A stretch of 25,085 nt of DNA from a bacterium (GTDB taxonomy: Bacteria; Desulfobacterota; DSWW01), in contig JBFLZG010000151.1 in NCBI GenBank assembly GCA_040756235.1, positions 1-25,085 of the forward strand, read 5' to 3'. Below, one piece after another: positions 1 to 8,385 of the stretch; within the stretch, counting starts at the first letter, position 1; the number at the start of each line of letters is the position of its first letter. The notes under the pieces were generated by a model that had not been told where the DNA came from, searched no databases, and was given only the letters and a program-made list of their open reading frames with translations. A program made the translations under genes and the position numbers.

Positions 1-549
1 GGCGGAAGAGTGCGCGTCCGCGTTCTCGTCCTGCTGGCGGCCCTCTTTGCGGCGGGTCTTTTCGGCGCCGCGGGTGAGGTGCGCCAGGTCGCGCCCGGGC
101 TGCCGGCGCCGGGCAGCGCGTGGGGGGCGGCGACGCAGATGCTGATGCGCGCTTTCGTCGTGCTGCTGGCCGTCGAGGGTCTGTGCGGGGCCGTGGACGT
201 AGCGGAGATTTCCGGGCTTCTGGAGAAGGCCGGGCTGCGCGGGATCGGGTTTTCCCTGGGCGTGGCGATGAACCTCCTGCCCAATCTCCGACAGTCTTTC
301 CTGAACGCGCGCCAGAGCCTCTGGATGCGCGGCGGGTTCAGGGCCCGGCGCTGGCGGGGGTTGCGCCTTCTGGTGGTGACCGTCGTGGCGAACGCGATCC
401 GGCGGAGCCAGGAGATCGCCCTGGCTGCCGAGGCGCGCGCTTTCCGGCCGGACCGGAGCCGGCCCATGCCGGTGAAGCGAGGGCGTCTGGATCTGTGGCT
501 CGGCCCGACGCTGCTGGTTCTCGCTCTCCTGGTTCTCGTGTATCCTTGA
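1..549 (+). CDS. ECF transporter transmembrane T component (EcfT/CbiQ family), 5'-truncated
   Basis: Frame is open from base 1. Hydrophobic N-terminal part, two Arg-containing coupling-helix motifs (WMRGG, AEARAF) and a C-terminal TM helix, as in T components. Confidence 0.75.
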   Translation, partial: GGRVRVRVLVLLAALFAAGLFGAAGEVRQVAPGLPAPGSAWGAATQMLMRAFVVLLAVEGLCGAVDVAEISGLLEKAGLRGIGFSLGVAMNLLPNLRQSFLNARQSLWMRGGFRARRWRGLRLLVVTVVANAIRRSQEIALAAEARAFRPDRSRPMPVKRGRLDLWLGPTLLVLALLVLVYP

Positions 550-558
550 AAATGAATC

Positions 559-582
559 GTAGGGGCGACGCATGCGTCGCCC
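559..582 (+). repeat. GTAG-type REP palindrome
   Basis: GTAG followed by the perfect 20-bp palindrome GGGCGACGCATGCGTCGCCC, just after the stop codon at 549. Confidence 0.8.
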
Positions 583-631
583 GTTGTGACCTGCCTGGTC
601 TTGGTCTTCGACCTGTCACCGGGAGGCGCAC

Positions 632-1636
632 ATGAGAGCCGTTTTGATGACGGCTGCCGGGGGACCCGAAGTCCTTCAGACGGTCGAACGGGAGCCCCCC
701 GGGATCGGCACCGGCCGAGAGCTGTTGATCCGGGTCCGGGCCGCGGGGGTGAACCCGATCGATACCAAGCTGCGGAAGTCGGGCACGCTGTACCCGGACC
801 GGATGCCTGCCGTGCTGGGTTGTGACGGAGCGGGTATCATCGAGCAAGTGGGCGAACAGGTGAGCATGTTCGGCGCCGGGGACGAGGTGTACTTCTGCAG
901 CGGAGGGATCGGCGGGGACCCGGGCACCTATGCGGAGCTGACCGTGGTGGACGAGCGCTTCGCCGCCCCGAAGCCGCAATCCCTGAGCTTTGCCGAGGCG
1001 GCAGCGGCCCCGCTCGTCCTCATCACGGCCTGGGAGTCGCTGTACGACCTCGGCGAGCTGGCGGAAGGGGAACGCGTTCTCGTCCACGCAGGCGCCGGCG
1101 GCGTCGGCCACGTAGCCGTCCAGCTCGCACGGCTGCGGGGAGCGCGCGTGTGCGCAACGGTCGGCTCGGAAGAGAAGGGCCGCTTCGTTCACGACCTGGG
1201 GGCCGAGGAGGCGATTCTCTACAGGCAGGACGACTTCGTTCAGGCTGCCCGGGCCTGGAGCGCCGGTCAAGGGGTCGACCTGGCCCTCGACACGGTCGGC
1301 GGCAAGACCTTCTACCGCAGCCTTGCCGCCGTCCGGCCTTACGGAAGAGTCGTGACGCTCCTGCTGCCGGAGGCCGAGAGCGGGGACTGGAAGGAGGCCA
1401 GGCTGAGGAACTTGAGGGTGGGGTTCGAGTGGATGCTGGCGCCCATGCTCCAGGGGCCGACGGCCCGACGGGAGCACCATGGGGAGATCCTGCGCCACTG
1501 CGGGCGGTGGTTCGACGCGGGCCTGCTCCGGGTTCACCTCGGCCGGACCTTTGCCCTCGAGGAGGCCGGCCGCGCCCACGCGTTGCTGGAGCAGGGCTCC
1601 ATGACGGGAAAGATCGCGCTGCTCGTGAGCGGGTGA
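632..1636 (+). CDS. MDR-family oxidoreductase (NADPH:quinone reductase / zinc-ADH-like)
   Basis: AAGVNPID, LGCDGAG, nucleotide-binding HAGAGGVG, C-terminal GKIAL; SD GGGAGG upstream. Confidence 0.9.
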   Translation: MRAVLMTAAGGPEVLQTVEREPPGIGTGRELLIRVRAAGVNPIDTKLRKSGTLYPDRMPAVLGCDGAGIIEQVGEQVSMFGAGDEVYFCSGGIGGDPGTYAELTVVDERFAAPKPQSLSFAEAAAAPLVLITAWESLYDLGELAEGERVLVHAGAGGVGHVAVQLARLRGARVCATVGSEEKGRFVHDLGAEEAILYRQDDFVQAARAWSAGQGVDLALDTVGGKTFYRSLAAVRPYGRVVTLLLPEAESGDWKEARLRNLRVGFEWMLAPMLQGPTARREHHGEILRHCGRWFDAGLLRVHLGRTFALEEAGRAHALLEQGSMTGKIALLVSG

Positions 1637-1669
1637 AGGGAGCGGCGCACCCCACCGATCTCCGTCCTC

Positions 1670-1717
1670 GGCCGGAAACGCAGGGCGCCCTGCTGGCGGC
1701 GGAATCCCGGCCTTTTT
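1670..1717 (+). terminator. Possible intrinsic terminator / hairpin after the MDR gene
   Basis: GGCCGG...CCGGCC stem enclosing the palindrome GCAGGGCGCCCTGC, followed by TTTTT. The loop is long, so the call is uncertain. Confidence 0.3.
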
Positions 1718-1776
1718 CCGGATCATCTGTCAGTAGAGAAGTCTCGCACCCGAAACCGCACACGAGGGAGAATCAC

Positions 1777-2352
1777 ATGGTTGCGGTGAGCTCGACGATG
1801 CTGCCCCTGGGAACCCGAGCGCCGGAGTTCGAGTTGCCTTCCGCCCTCGGAGGGACGGTCTCCCTCAGGCACTTCGCAGGAAGGCCGACACTGATCATGT
1901 TCATCTGCAACCACTGTCCTTTCGTGAAGCACGTGCGAGAGGGTCTGGCCGCGCTGGTCAAGGAGTATCGGGACAAGGGAATCGCAGCTCTTGCCATCAA
2001 TGCAAACGACTGGACCGCATACCCGGAGGATGGGCCGGAGCAGATGGCCCGGGAGGCGCAGCGCTACGGCTACACTTTTCCTTACCTCTACGACCGCACT
2101 CAGGAAGCCGCCAAGGCCTTCCGGGCGGCCTGCACGCCGGATTTCTACCTCTTTGACGGGGAACACCGGCTGGTGTACCGAGGACAGATGGACGACAGCA
2201 GGCCGGGAAACGGAGAGCCGGTGACCGGCAGGGACCTGCGCGCTGCCATGGACGCCCTGCTCGCGGGGCGGAGCGTGCCTGCCGAGCAGAAGCCGAGCAT
2301 CGGCTGCAACATCAAGTGGCGGCCGAATAACGAGCCGGACTACTTCAAATAG
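1777..2352 (+). CDS. Thioredoxin-fold protein (AhpC/TSA-like, PRX_like1 type)
   Basis: Likely start ATG 1777 (MVAVSSTML) after SD GAGGGAG, within track ORF 1150..2352. Motifs ICNHCPFV, ACTPDF, GCNIKW. Confidence 0.9.
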   Translation: MVAVSSTMLPLGTRAPEFELPSALGGTVSLRHFAGRPTLIMFICNHCPFVKHVREGLAALVKEYRDKGIAALAINANDWTAYPEDGPEQMAREAQRYGYTFPYLYDRTQEAAKAFRAACTPDFYLFDGEHRLVYRGQMDDSRPGNGEPVTGRDLRAAMDALLAGRSVPAEQKPSIGCNIKWRPNNEPDYFK

Positions 2353-2361
2353 GGACCTGCC

Positions 2362-2385
2362 GGGGCGAAAGATTTTTCGCCCTAC
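2362..2385 (-). repeat. GTAG-type REP palindrome
   Basis: Minus strand reads GTAG-GGCGAAA-AATC-TTTCGCC-CC, just after the stop codon at 2352. Confidence 0.7.
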
Positions 2386-2447
2386 CTGGGGCCCCTTCAC
2401 CTTGATTTCACCCCTTACCCTTTCACCCGGCTTCGCGGGGGGCGACC

Positions 2448-4106
2448 ATGCGCATTCTGTACGCCACGGATCTTCACGGCGATCGCCAGAATCTCAAGGC
2501 CTTGCTGGAGAGCTCGCACGCCGACCTCTGCATCCTTGCAGGCGACCTGGTGAAAGGGAGCTTCCGGTCGGATCGGAGCTTCTTCCGCTTCGAAGAGCTG
2601 CAAAGGTATTTCCGTTTTCTCAAGTGCCGCCACAGGACCGAGATCAGCACCAAGCTGTTCGTGGAAAGCCGGGTCCTGGCCCCGGATGCGGCGCCGGAAG
2701 AGCGCAAGAAGGCCAGGGAGTATCTCGGGCTCTATCGCCAGGCCCACAGGTACCTGCTCGACGAGATGAGCGAGCTCGAATCCCTGCTCGCATCTTTTCC
2801 CGACAAGAAGGTCCTGGTCCTACCCGGCAACTACGATATCGACCTGAAGGAGACGCCCCTGCGGGAGCGGGATCTCCACAAGACGATCTTCACTGTCGAT
2901 GGCATCCGCATCGCCGGCTACGGCGGCGCGGCCGTGCGCAACCCCGGCGTGCCCGACGACCTGGTCGTCGCCTTCCGGGAGCTGCAGTCCGGAGGCTCCC
3001 TCTACTCCGAGCCGAGGGATTTCCTGTGTGAGGCGAGGCCGGACGTCGCTGTCCTGCACGTTCCGCCTTTCGGCTACTTCGACCGGCTCCGGGACTATGG
3101 TCCGGTGGGAAGCGTGGGCGTGCGGGACTATCTCGACCGGTTCCCTCCCAGGGTCCTCCTGTGCGGGCACTTTCACGAAAACTGGGGGGTCGTCTGCAAG
3201 GGCGACACGCTGCTCGTCAACCCCTCCAATCTGGGAAGAGTCCCGGACCTGCTCGGCGTCAAGCGGGGAGGGTATTGCTTCGGGTTCATCCTGGAAGAGG
3301 GCCGTTTTCGGGTCGGCACCCTGCGGCAGGTGGAGCGGGGCAGGATCTATGACCTTGCGGATTACGTCTGGGAAGCCGGCCGTGGCACCCTGAAGCAGTT
3401 GGTCATCGATCAGCCGCGGCTGATGCTGCTCATGCGGGAGAAGCCGATCTCGGATGTGGTGATCCGCCAGGTCCGGGAATTCAACCACGTGCGCAATTTC
3501 TTCCGGAGATACGAGACCCCGGAAACAACGCAACGGGTGCGCGACCTCCGGCGGGTCTACCGCGATCTGAAGGCGGCGGGCGAAGAGGTCGCTTTCGACC
3601 TGCTCGGTTCCGTGAACTTCGGCATGAGCGAGAAAGGCTCGGATGTGGACCTGGTCCTGTACCGGCGCTGTCCGTGTAACCATCCCTTCCCGGAGACGAC
3701 CTGCAGCCTGCCGAGAGGGCTGTGGGAATGTTTCCGAGGACTGGAGTCGAGGTTTCGCGTGGAGGTGACCGACTGCGTGAACTTGAGCCGGGTGGAGGCA
3801 TCGATCCAGGCCGAGGATCCCGGGTGCCCGAACCTCCAGCGGTTCGTCCTGTACCGTTCGATCTGCCGTCCGATCAACGTGAGGATGATCCGGCCGATCG
3901 AGAGCCAGCTCCTCGAGCGGCCGGGCCTGAAGAAGAGGGTCGAGCACCTTTTAAGAGATTACTTTAAATCAATGGTCATATCCCCTAGCCACATTTACTC
4001 ATTCAAGAAGTATGAGGCGAGGCTGCACGATCAGGGGGTCAACCTTCCGCCAACGGTCCTCAGGAAGATGGAGTCGTACCTGGGAGTGCGCCAAGGGGCC
4101 AGGTAA
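2448..4106 (+). CDS. Calcineurin-like metallophosphoesterase fused to a C-terminal Pol-beta-superfamily nucleotidyltransferase-like domain
   Basis: All five MPE motifs are present (TDLHG, AGDL, PGNYD, LHVPP, CGHFHE). The C-terminal LLGSVNFGMSEKGSDVDLVLY matches hG[GS]x9-13DhD. Confidence 0.8.
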   Translation: MRILYATDLHGDRQNLKALLESSHADLCILAGDLVKGSFRSDRSFFRFEELQRYFRFLKCRHRTEISTKLFVESRVLAPDAAPEERKKAREYLGLYRQAHRYLLDEMSELESLLASFPDKKVLVLPGNYDIDLKETPLRERDLHKTIFTVDGIRIAGYGGAAVRNPGVPDDLVVAFRELQSGGSLYSEPRDFLCEARPDVAVLHVPPFGYFDRLRDYGPVGSVGVRDYLDRFPPRVLLCGHFHENWGVVCKGDTLLVNPSNLGRVPDLLGVKRGGYCFGFILEEGRFRVGTLRQVERGRIYDLADYVWEAGRGTLKQLVIDQPRLMLLMREKPISDVVIRQVREFNHVRNFFRRYETPETTQRVRDLRRVYRDLKAAGEEVAFDLLGSVNFGMSEKGSDVDLVLYRRCPCNHPFPETTCSLPRGLWECFRGLESRFRVEVTDCVNLSRVEASIQAEDPGCPNLQRFVLYRSICRPINVRMIRPIESQLLERPGLKKRVEHLLRDYFKSMVISPSHIYSFKKYEARLHDQGVNLPPTVLRKMESYLGVRQGAR

Positions 4107-4111
4107 CCTCT

Positions 4112-5041
4112 TTACCCCGTTTGTCCGCCTCTTCTTTCAAGGAGATCGGCCAGGGCGCCTCGGATGTCAGGGAACAGGAAACCAAATCCGGCTTCCAGCA
4201 GTCTCCTCGGAACGGCACGCTGTCCGGTGAGCAGCACCGAGCTGAACTCTCCTGCCGCTATCCGGATCAGGGGGCCCGGGATCGCGGGCAGAAAGCAGGG
4301 CTTATGAAGGGCTGCGGCCAAGGCCCGGGTGAACTCGCGGTTCCGCACCGGCTCAGGGGCGACGCAGTTGAAGGGCCCTTCCGCATCCTGCCTCGAGAGC
4401 AGAAAGGCAAGGGCGCCGGCGAGGTCCTGCAGGTGGATCCAAGGGAACCATTGCCGGCCGCTGCCGAGGGGGCTCCCCAGGCCGGCCCTGAAGGGGAGCA
4501 GCATCTGCTTGAGCGCGCCTCCCCGAGCGGAGAGAACGACTCCGAAACGGCACAGCACCACCCTGGCCCCTGCCGCCGGGAGGGCCTGCATGGCCTCTGT
4601 TTCCCACTCCCGTGAGAGCAGCGCCAGAAAATCCCTCCCGGAGGAGGCGGTCTCGTCGACCTCCTCGTCGCCCCGGGGCCCGTAGAAGCCCGCGCCGGAG
4701 GCGCTCAGGAGAACGGCCCCCTGCTCCCGCCTCCTGGCCAGGGCGTCGACCACGTTGCGCGTGGTCAGGATGCGGCTGTCCCAGATCCGTCTCTTGGCCT
4801 GCGCGCTCCAGCGGCTGAAGATGGACTCGCCTGCAAGGTTGACCGCCGCATCGTGCTCGGCCGCGCTCTTCTGCCAAGCTCCGGGTTGGGTGGGGTCGCC
4901 GGCCAGAAACGATATCCGAGACAGACCGGGTCGGCCTCTGGGAGAGCGGGTCAGCAGGGTAACCTCATGACCCTTGGCGGCCAGCTCGCGTGACAGGGCA
5001 GTGCCTACGAGACCCGTGCCTCCGGTGACAAAGACCCGCAT
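4112..5041 (-). CDS. TIGR01777/YfcH-family NAD(P)-dependent epimerase-like oxidoreductase
   Basis: TGGTGLVG, NLAGESI, SASGAGFYG, LGSGRQWFPWIH, LLTGQRAVPRRL. Confidence 0.9.
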   Translation of the reverse strand: MRVFVTGGTGLVGTALSRELAAKGHEVTLLTRSPRGRPGLSRISFLAGDPTQPGAWQKSAAEHDAAVNLAGESIFSRWSAQAKRRIWDSRILTTRNVVDALARRREQGAVLLSASGAGFYGPRGDEEVDETASSGRDFLALLSREWETEAMQALPAAGARVVLCRFGVVLSARGGALKQMLLPFRAGLGSPLGSGRQWFPWIHLQDLAGALAFLLSRQDAEGPFNCVAPEPVRNREFTRALAAALHKPCFLPAIPGPLIRIAAGEFSSVLLTGQRAVPRRLLEAGFGFLFPDIRGALADLLERRGGQTG

Positions 5042-5057
5042 GGCCCGTCCCTCCCGG

Positions 5058-5317
5058 GTGCAGGCGTCAGCTGTCGGGTTTCAGGTGTCGGCCCCCCTCC
5101 GCCCGACCCGGTGGATGCTCTCATCGGTCTCCCGTGAGGTGGACTTGGGATGGGCGGTGAAAGGTGGCAGGAGTCTGATCCCTACTCTATCAGGTGCCGG
5201 TGCCGGTTGTCAGGCATCAGGCTTCCCTCGGCGAGCCTTTCATCGGCCAAGCCTTGGGCGGGTTTGGGGTCGAACGCCCGGACCTGACACCTGATACCTG
5301 ATACCCGATACCTGATC
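5058..5317. repeat. Three arrays of degenerate 7-bp tandem repeats (TRTCAGG and its complement CCTGAYA)
   Basis: 5058-5092 and 5188-5221 have about five TRTCRGG-like units each. 5283-5317 reads CCTGACA CCTGATA CCTGATA CCCGATA CCTGATC, the inverse orientation. Confidence 0.75.
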
Positions 5318-5320
5318 CTC

Positions 5321-5782
5321 TCAGTCGGGGAGCACCTGCGGAAGGTGCAATATGATCTCTTCCTCCGCGCCGTTCCTGTCGGCCTCCACGTCGACCTCGA
5401 TCTGGTCGTTTCGCAGACCGTAGACGAGCTTGCTCTTGCCCGTATCCCTTTCCAGGTGCGTGATGCACCGGACGATGCCGACCATCAGCCCGGCAATGCC
5501 GGAAGGGGGCGCGGGCAGGGGGACCCTCTCGGACTTCAGGATGAGGCTGCAGGACCCGTTCATGGATCCGTTGCTCTGGATCCGGATCCTGCGGGCGCCC
5601 CGCTCGATGCCGTCGATCACGGCCAGCGCGAGGTACTTGAGGGCGACCTCGGCCGGATCATTCGTCTTGTCGCCGCCCACACCCTTCCGGCTGATGTCCT
5701 CGAGCTCTTTCTCAGGGTCGCTTTCCATATAACAGTCCGCATACTCCTGCAACTTCAGGTGAAGACTTCCCGTATCCCTCAT
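5321..5782 (-). CDS. Hypothetical protein (153 aa), possibly resembling the N2 domain of PilB/GspE secretion ATPases
   Basis: ATG 5782 with SD GGAGG, and typical codon usage. The segment LALAVIDGIERGARRIRIQ plus a beta-rich C-terminus recalls the GspE/PilB N2 pattern (inference). Confidence 0.65.
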   Translation of the reverse strand: MRDTGSLHLKLQEYADCYMESDPEKELEDISRKGVGGDKTNDPAEVALKYLALAVIDGIERGARRIRIQSNGSMNGSCSLILKSERVPLPAPPSGIAGLMVGIVRCITHLERDTGKSKLVYGLRNDQIEVDVEADRNGAEEEIILHLPQVLPD

Positions 5783-5991
5783 GGCGGGCCCCTCCGCAAA
5801 GGCGATTGATGAAAATTCACGGACCACTTGCCAGACTGTGCCAGCTGGTTATCCTTACATTTGCTTGTTCTTAGGATGCGCAAGGGGTGCGCCGAGGATC
5901 GGATTCGCGCTGCCTCGCCTTTGGCGCAGGGTCCGCGCGTCGAGCGGATGCCTGCGCACCGGAACTAACGGATTCAGGGCCGCATCCCTAG

Positions 5992-5997
5992 TATAAT
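5992..5997 (+). promoter_or_regulatory. Candidate sigma70 -10 box for citrate synthase
   Basis: Perfect TATAAT in GC-rich DNA about 46 bp before ATG 6044. No good -35 seen. Confidence 0.4.
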
Positions 5998-6043
5998 GGG
6001 GTCTGTCAGCGAAACGGGGTCCAACCCATCGAGGGAACATGAC

Positions 6044-7192
6044 ATGGCGGAGCAGGCGAGACCGGTGCCCGTCAGGGGCCTGGAAGACGTGGTCGCGGCA
6101 GAGACCGCAATCGGGTACGTGGACGGGATCAACGGCAAGCTCTACTACGCGGGGTACGAGATCAACGACCTGGCCGAGCACGCCACCTACGAGGAATGCG
6201 TCTTCCTCCTCTGGAATCAGCGGCTTCCCAGCCGGGCGGAGCTCGAACGGTTCCATGCCGAGCTCGTTCCCGAAATGGTCTTGCCGGACCCCCTCATTCA
6301 GTGGTTCCTGCGGGTCCCCAAAGGCGTGCACCCCATGGTCATGCTCCGCTCCGCGGTCTCGGACCTCGCCTTGTACGATCCTGAGGCCGAAGACAACTCG
6401 GCCGCGGCCAATCGCAGAAAAGCGGTACGGCTGGTGGCCAAGGTGCCCGCGATCATCGCGTCGTTCTACCGCACCCAACACGGCCTGGAGCTGGTCCCGC
6501 CGGATTCGAGCAAGAGCATCCCGTTGAACTTCCTGCGCATGTTTGCGGGCAAGGAGCCCACGGCCGAGGAGGCAGGGGCCATCGAGCTGATGTTCGTCCT
6601 GCACGCGGAGCACGGCTTCAACGCATCCACTTTTGCGGCGCGGGTGACGGCGAGCACGCTGGCCGACATGTACGCCGCGATCTCGACGGCGATCGGCACT
6701 CTCAAGGGGCCGCTGCACGGGGGCGCCAATCAGCGCGTTATGGAGATGCTCGAGGGGATCGGTTCCCCGAGCGACGTGGAAGAGTATATCGAAGGCATGC
6801 TGGTGCGGGGCCAGAGGATCATGGGATTCGGCCATCGGGTCTACAAGGTCGAGGACCCGCGCGCACGCCACCTGAGGAAGTACGCGGAAAAGCTCTGTTC
6901 CGAGGATGGCAACCCCGAGTCGTGCCGGTATTACGAGATCAGCCGGCGGATTGAGCAGAAGGTCATGGAGGTCAAGGGAATCTATCCGAACGTGGACTTC
7001 TACTCCGCCACCGTGCAGCACTGGCTGGGGATCCCCATCCCCTTCTACACGACCCTTTTCGCGGCCTCGAGGATCGCGGGCTGGACGGCGCACGTCATGG
7101 AACAGCATGCCGACAATCGGCTGATGCGGCCCAAGTCCTCCTTTGTGGGGAGATATCCCCTGAAGTATGTTCCGATAGAAGAGAGAAGGTGA
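6044..7192 (+). CDS. gltA: Citrate synthase (short citrate/2-methylcitrate synthase family)
   Basis: GLEDVVA, HPM, LHAEHGFNASTF, GPLHGGAN, MGFGHRVYK, YPNVDFYS; SD GAGGGA before ATG 6044. Confidence 0.92.
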   Translation: MAEQARPVPVRGLEDVVAAETAIGYVDGINGKLYYAGYEINDLAEHATYEECVFLLWNQRLPSRAELERFHAELVPEMVLPDPLIQWFLRVPKGVHPMVMLRSAVSDLALYDPEAEDNSAAANRRKAVRLVAKVPAIIASFYRTQHGLELVPPDSSKSIPLNFLRMFAGKEPTAEEAGAIELMFVLHAEHGFNASTFAARVTASTLADMYAAISTAIGTLKGPLHGGANQRVMEMLEGIGSPSDVEEYIEGMLVRGQRIMGFGHRVYKVEDPRARHLRKYAEKLCSEDGNPESCRYYEISRRIEQKVMEVKGIYPNVDFYSATVQHWLGIPIPFYTTLFAASRIAGWTAHVMEQHADNRLMRPKSSFVGRYPLKYVPIEERR

Positions 7193-7364
7193 GGCGAGGC
7201 GAGAGTTGCTGCGCTTCCACCTGGAGCTTCTCTGGACCGGCCCCGAAGCTCCGGACCTCCCGCCCACACCCCGGGGTCGGCCTCGGTGATCCAAGAGGCC
7301 GGCTGCCCGCCGCCGGCTTCCTTCCGAGCCCGCATCGGGCCCGCCGTTGAGGAGGACCAGGACG

Positions 7365-8354
7365 ATGAATGTCGCGGAGACCAAAAGAGACGCCATGAGA
7401 AATCGGGCGCACTATGAGCTGAAGAGGCAGATCCCGGAGATCGTGGACGCGATCACGGCCTCCTACACGGCGGACGACCCGCTGTCCAACGTGGGAGACC
7501 GGCCGATCCCGTCGCGCGAATCGGTGATCCGCATTCTTTCGGACGTCGAGCAGGTCATCTACCCCGGCTATTTCGGCCAGTTGCCGGTAGACCGGGTGAA
7601 CTTCAAGTATTACATTGGGACCAAGCTGAACGAAATCTTCGAGGGCTTCTCGGAACAGATCGCCAAGAGCCTTCGGCACCGGTGCGAGGGGGCTCACCTG
7701 GTATGCGACCTCTGTATGCAGAGAGGCCGGGAAGAGACGGTCCGATTCATGAAGAGGATCCCGGAGCTCAGGCGCCTGCTGCGAGGGGACGTCACGGCGA
7801 CCTGGGAGAACGATCCGGCCGCATCGAGCCTGGACGAGATCATCTTCAGTTATCCGGGAGTGAAGGCGATCACGATCTACCGGATCGCCCATGAGCTCTA
7901 CCACCAGGAGATACCGGTGCTCCCCCGGATCATGACCGAATACGCTCATAGGGTCACCGGGATCGACATCCACCCGGGCGCCCACATCGGGGAGCACTTC
8001 TTCATCGACCATGGAACGGGAGTGGTGATCGGGGAGACCTGCACCATCGGAGACCGCGTGAAGATCTACCAGGGCGTCACCCTGGGGGCTTTGAGCCTGG
8101 CGCGCGACGAATGCGGAGAGGTGGTGCGGGATACGAAAAGACATCCCACGGTCGAGGACGACGTGACGATCTACTCCGGAGCCACCATCCTCGGCGGAGA
8201 CACGGTGATCGGCGCAGGGTCGATCGTGGGGGGCAACGTCTGGCTGACCACGTCCATTCCGCCCGGCACCAAGGTTGTGATCGAGCCTCCCCGGCAGAAG
8301 TTCAGAGACAACCGCATCGCACCGAAGGAGCCTGCCGTAGACTTCCAGATTTGA
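7365..8354 (+). CDS. cysE: Serine O-acetyltransferase (long EpsC-like form)
   Basis: [41 protein letters not shown] and hexapeptide repeats; SD GAGGAGG before ATG 7365. Confidence 0.92.
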   Translation: MNVAETKRDAMRNRAHYELKRQIPEIVDAITASYTADDPLSNVGDRPIPSRESVIRILSDVEQVIYPGYFGQLPVDRVNFKYYIGTKLNEIFEGFSEQIAKSLRHRCEGAHLVCDLCMQRGREETVRFMKRIPELRRLLRGDVTATWENDPAASSLDEIIFSYPGVKAITIYRIAHELYHQEIPVLPRIMTEYAHRVTGIDIHPGAHIGEHFFIDHGTGVVIGETCTIGDRVKIYQGVTLGALSLARDECGEVVRDTKRHPTVEDDVTIYSGATILGGDTVIGAGSIVGGNVWLTTSIPPGTKVVIEPPRQKFRDNRIAPKEPAVDFQI

Positions 8355-8385
8355 TTCGTCACAGTTACCAGAAAAGGATGACTAG

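Noticed and set aside
5828..5845. Sigma54-like TGGCACAGTCTGGCA on the minus strand upstream of the hypothetical gene
   Set aside because: GG-to-GC spacing is 9 rather than the required 10, and there is no TTGC. It may only be a TGCCAG direct repeat.
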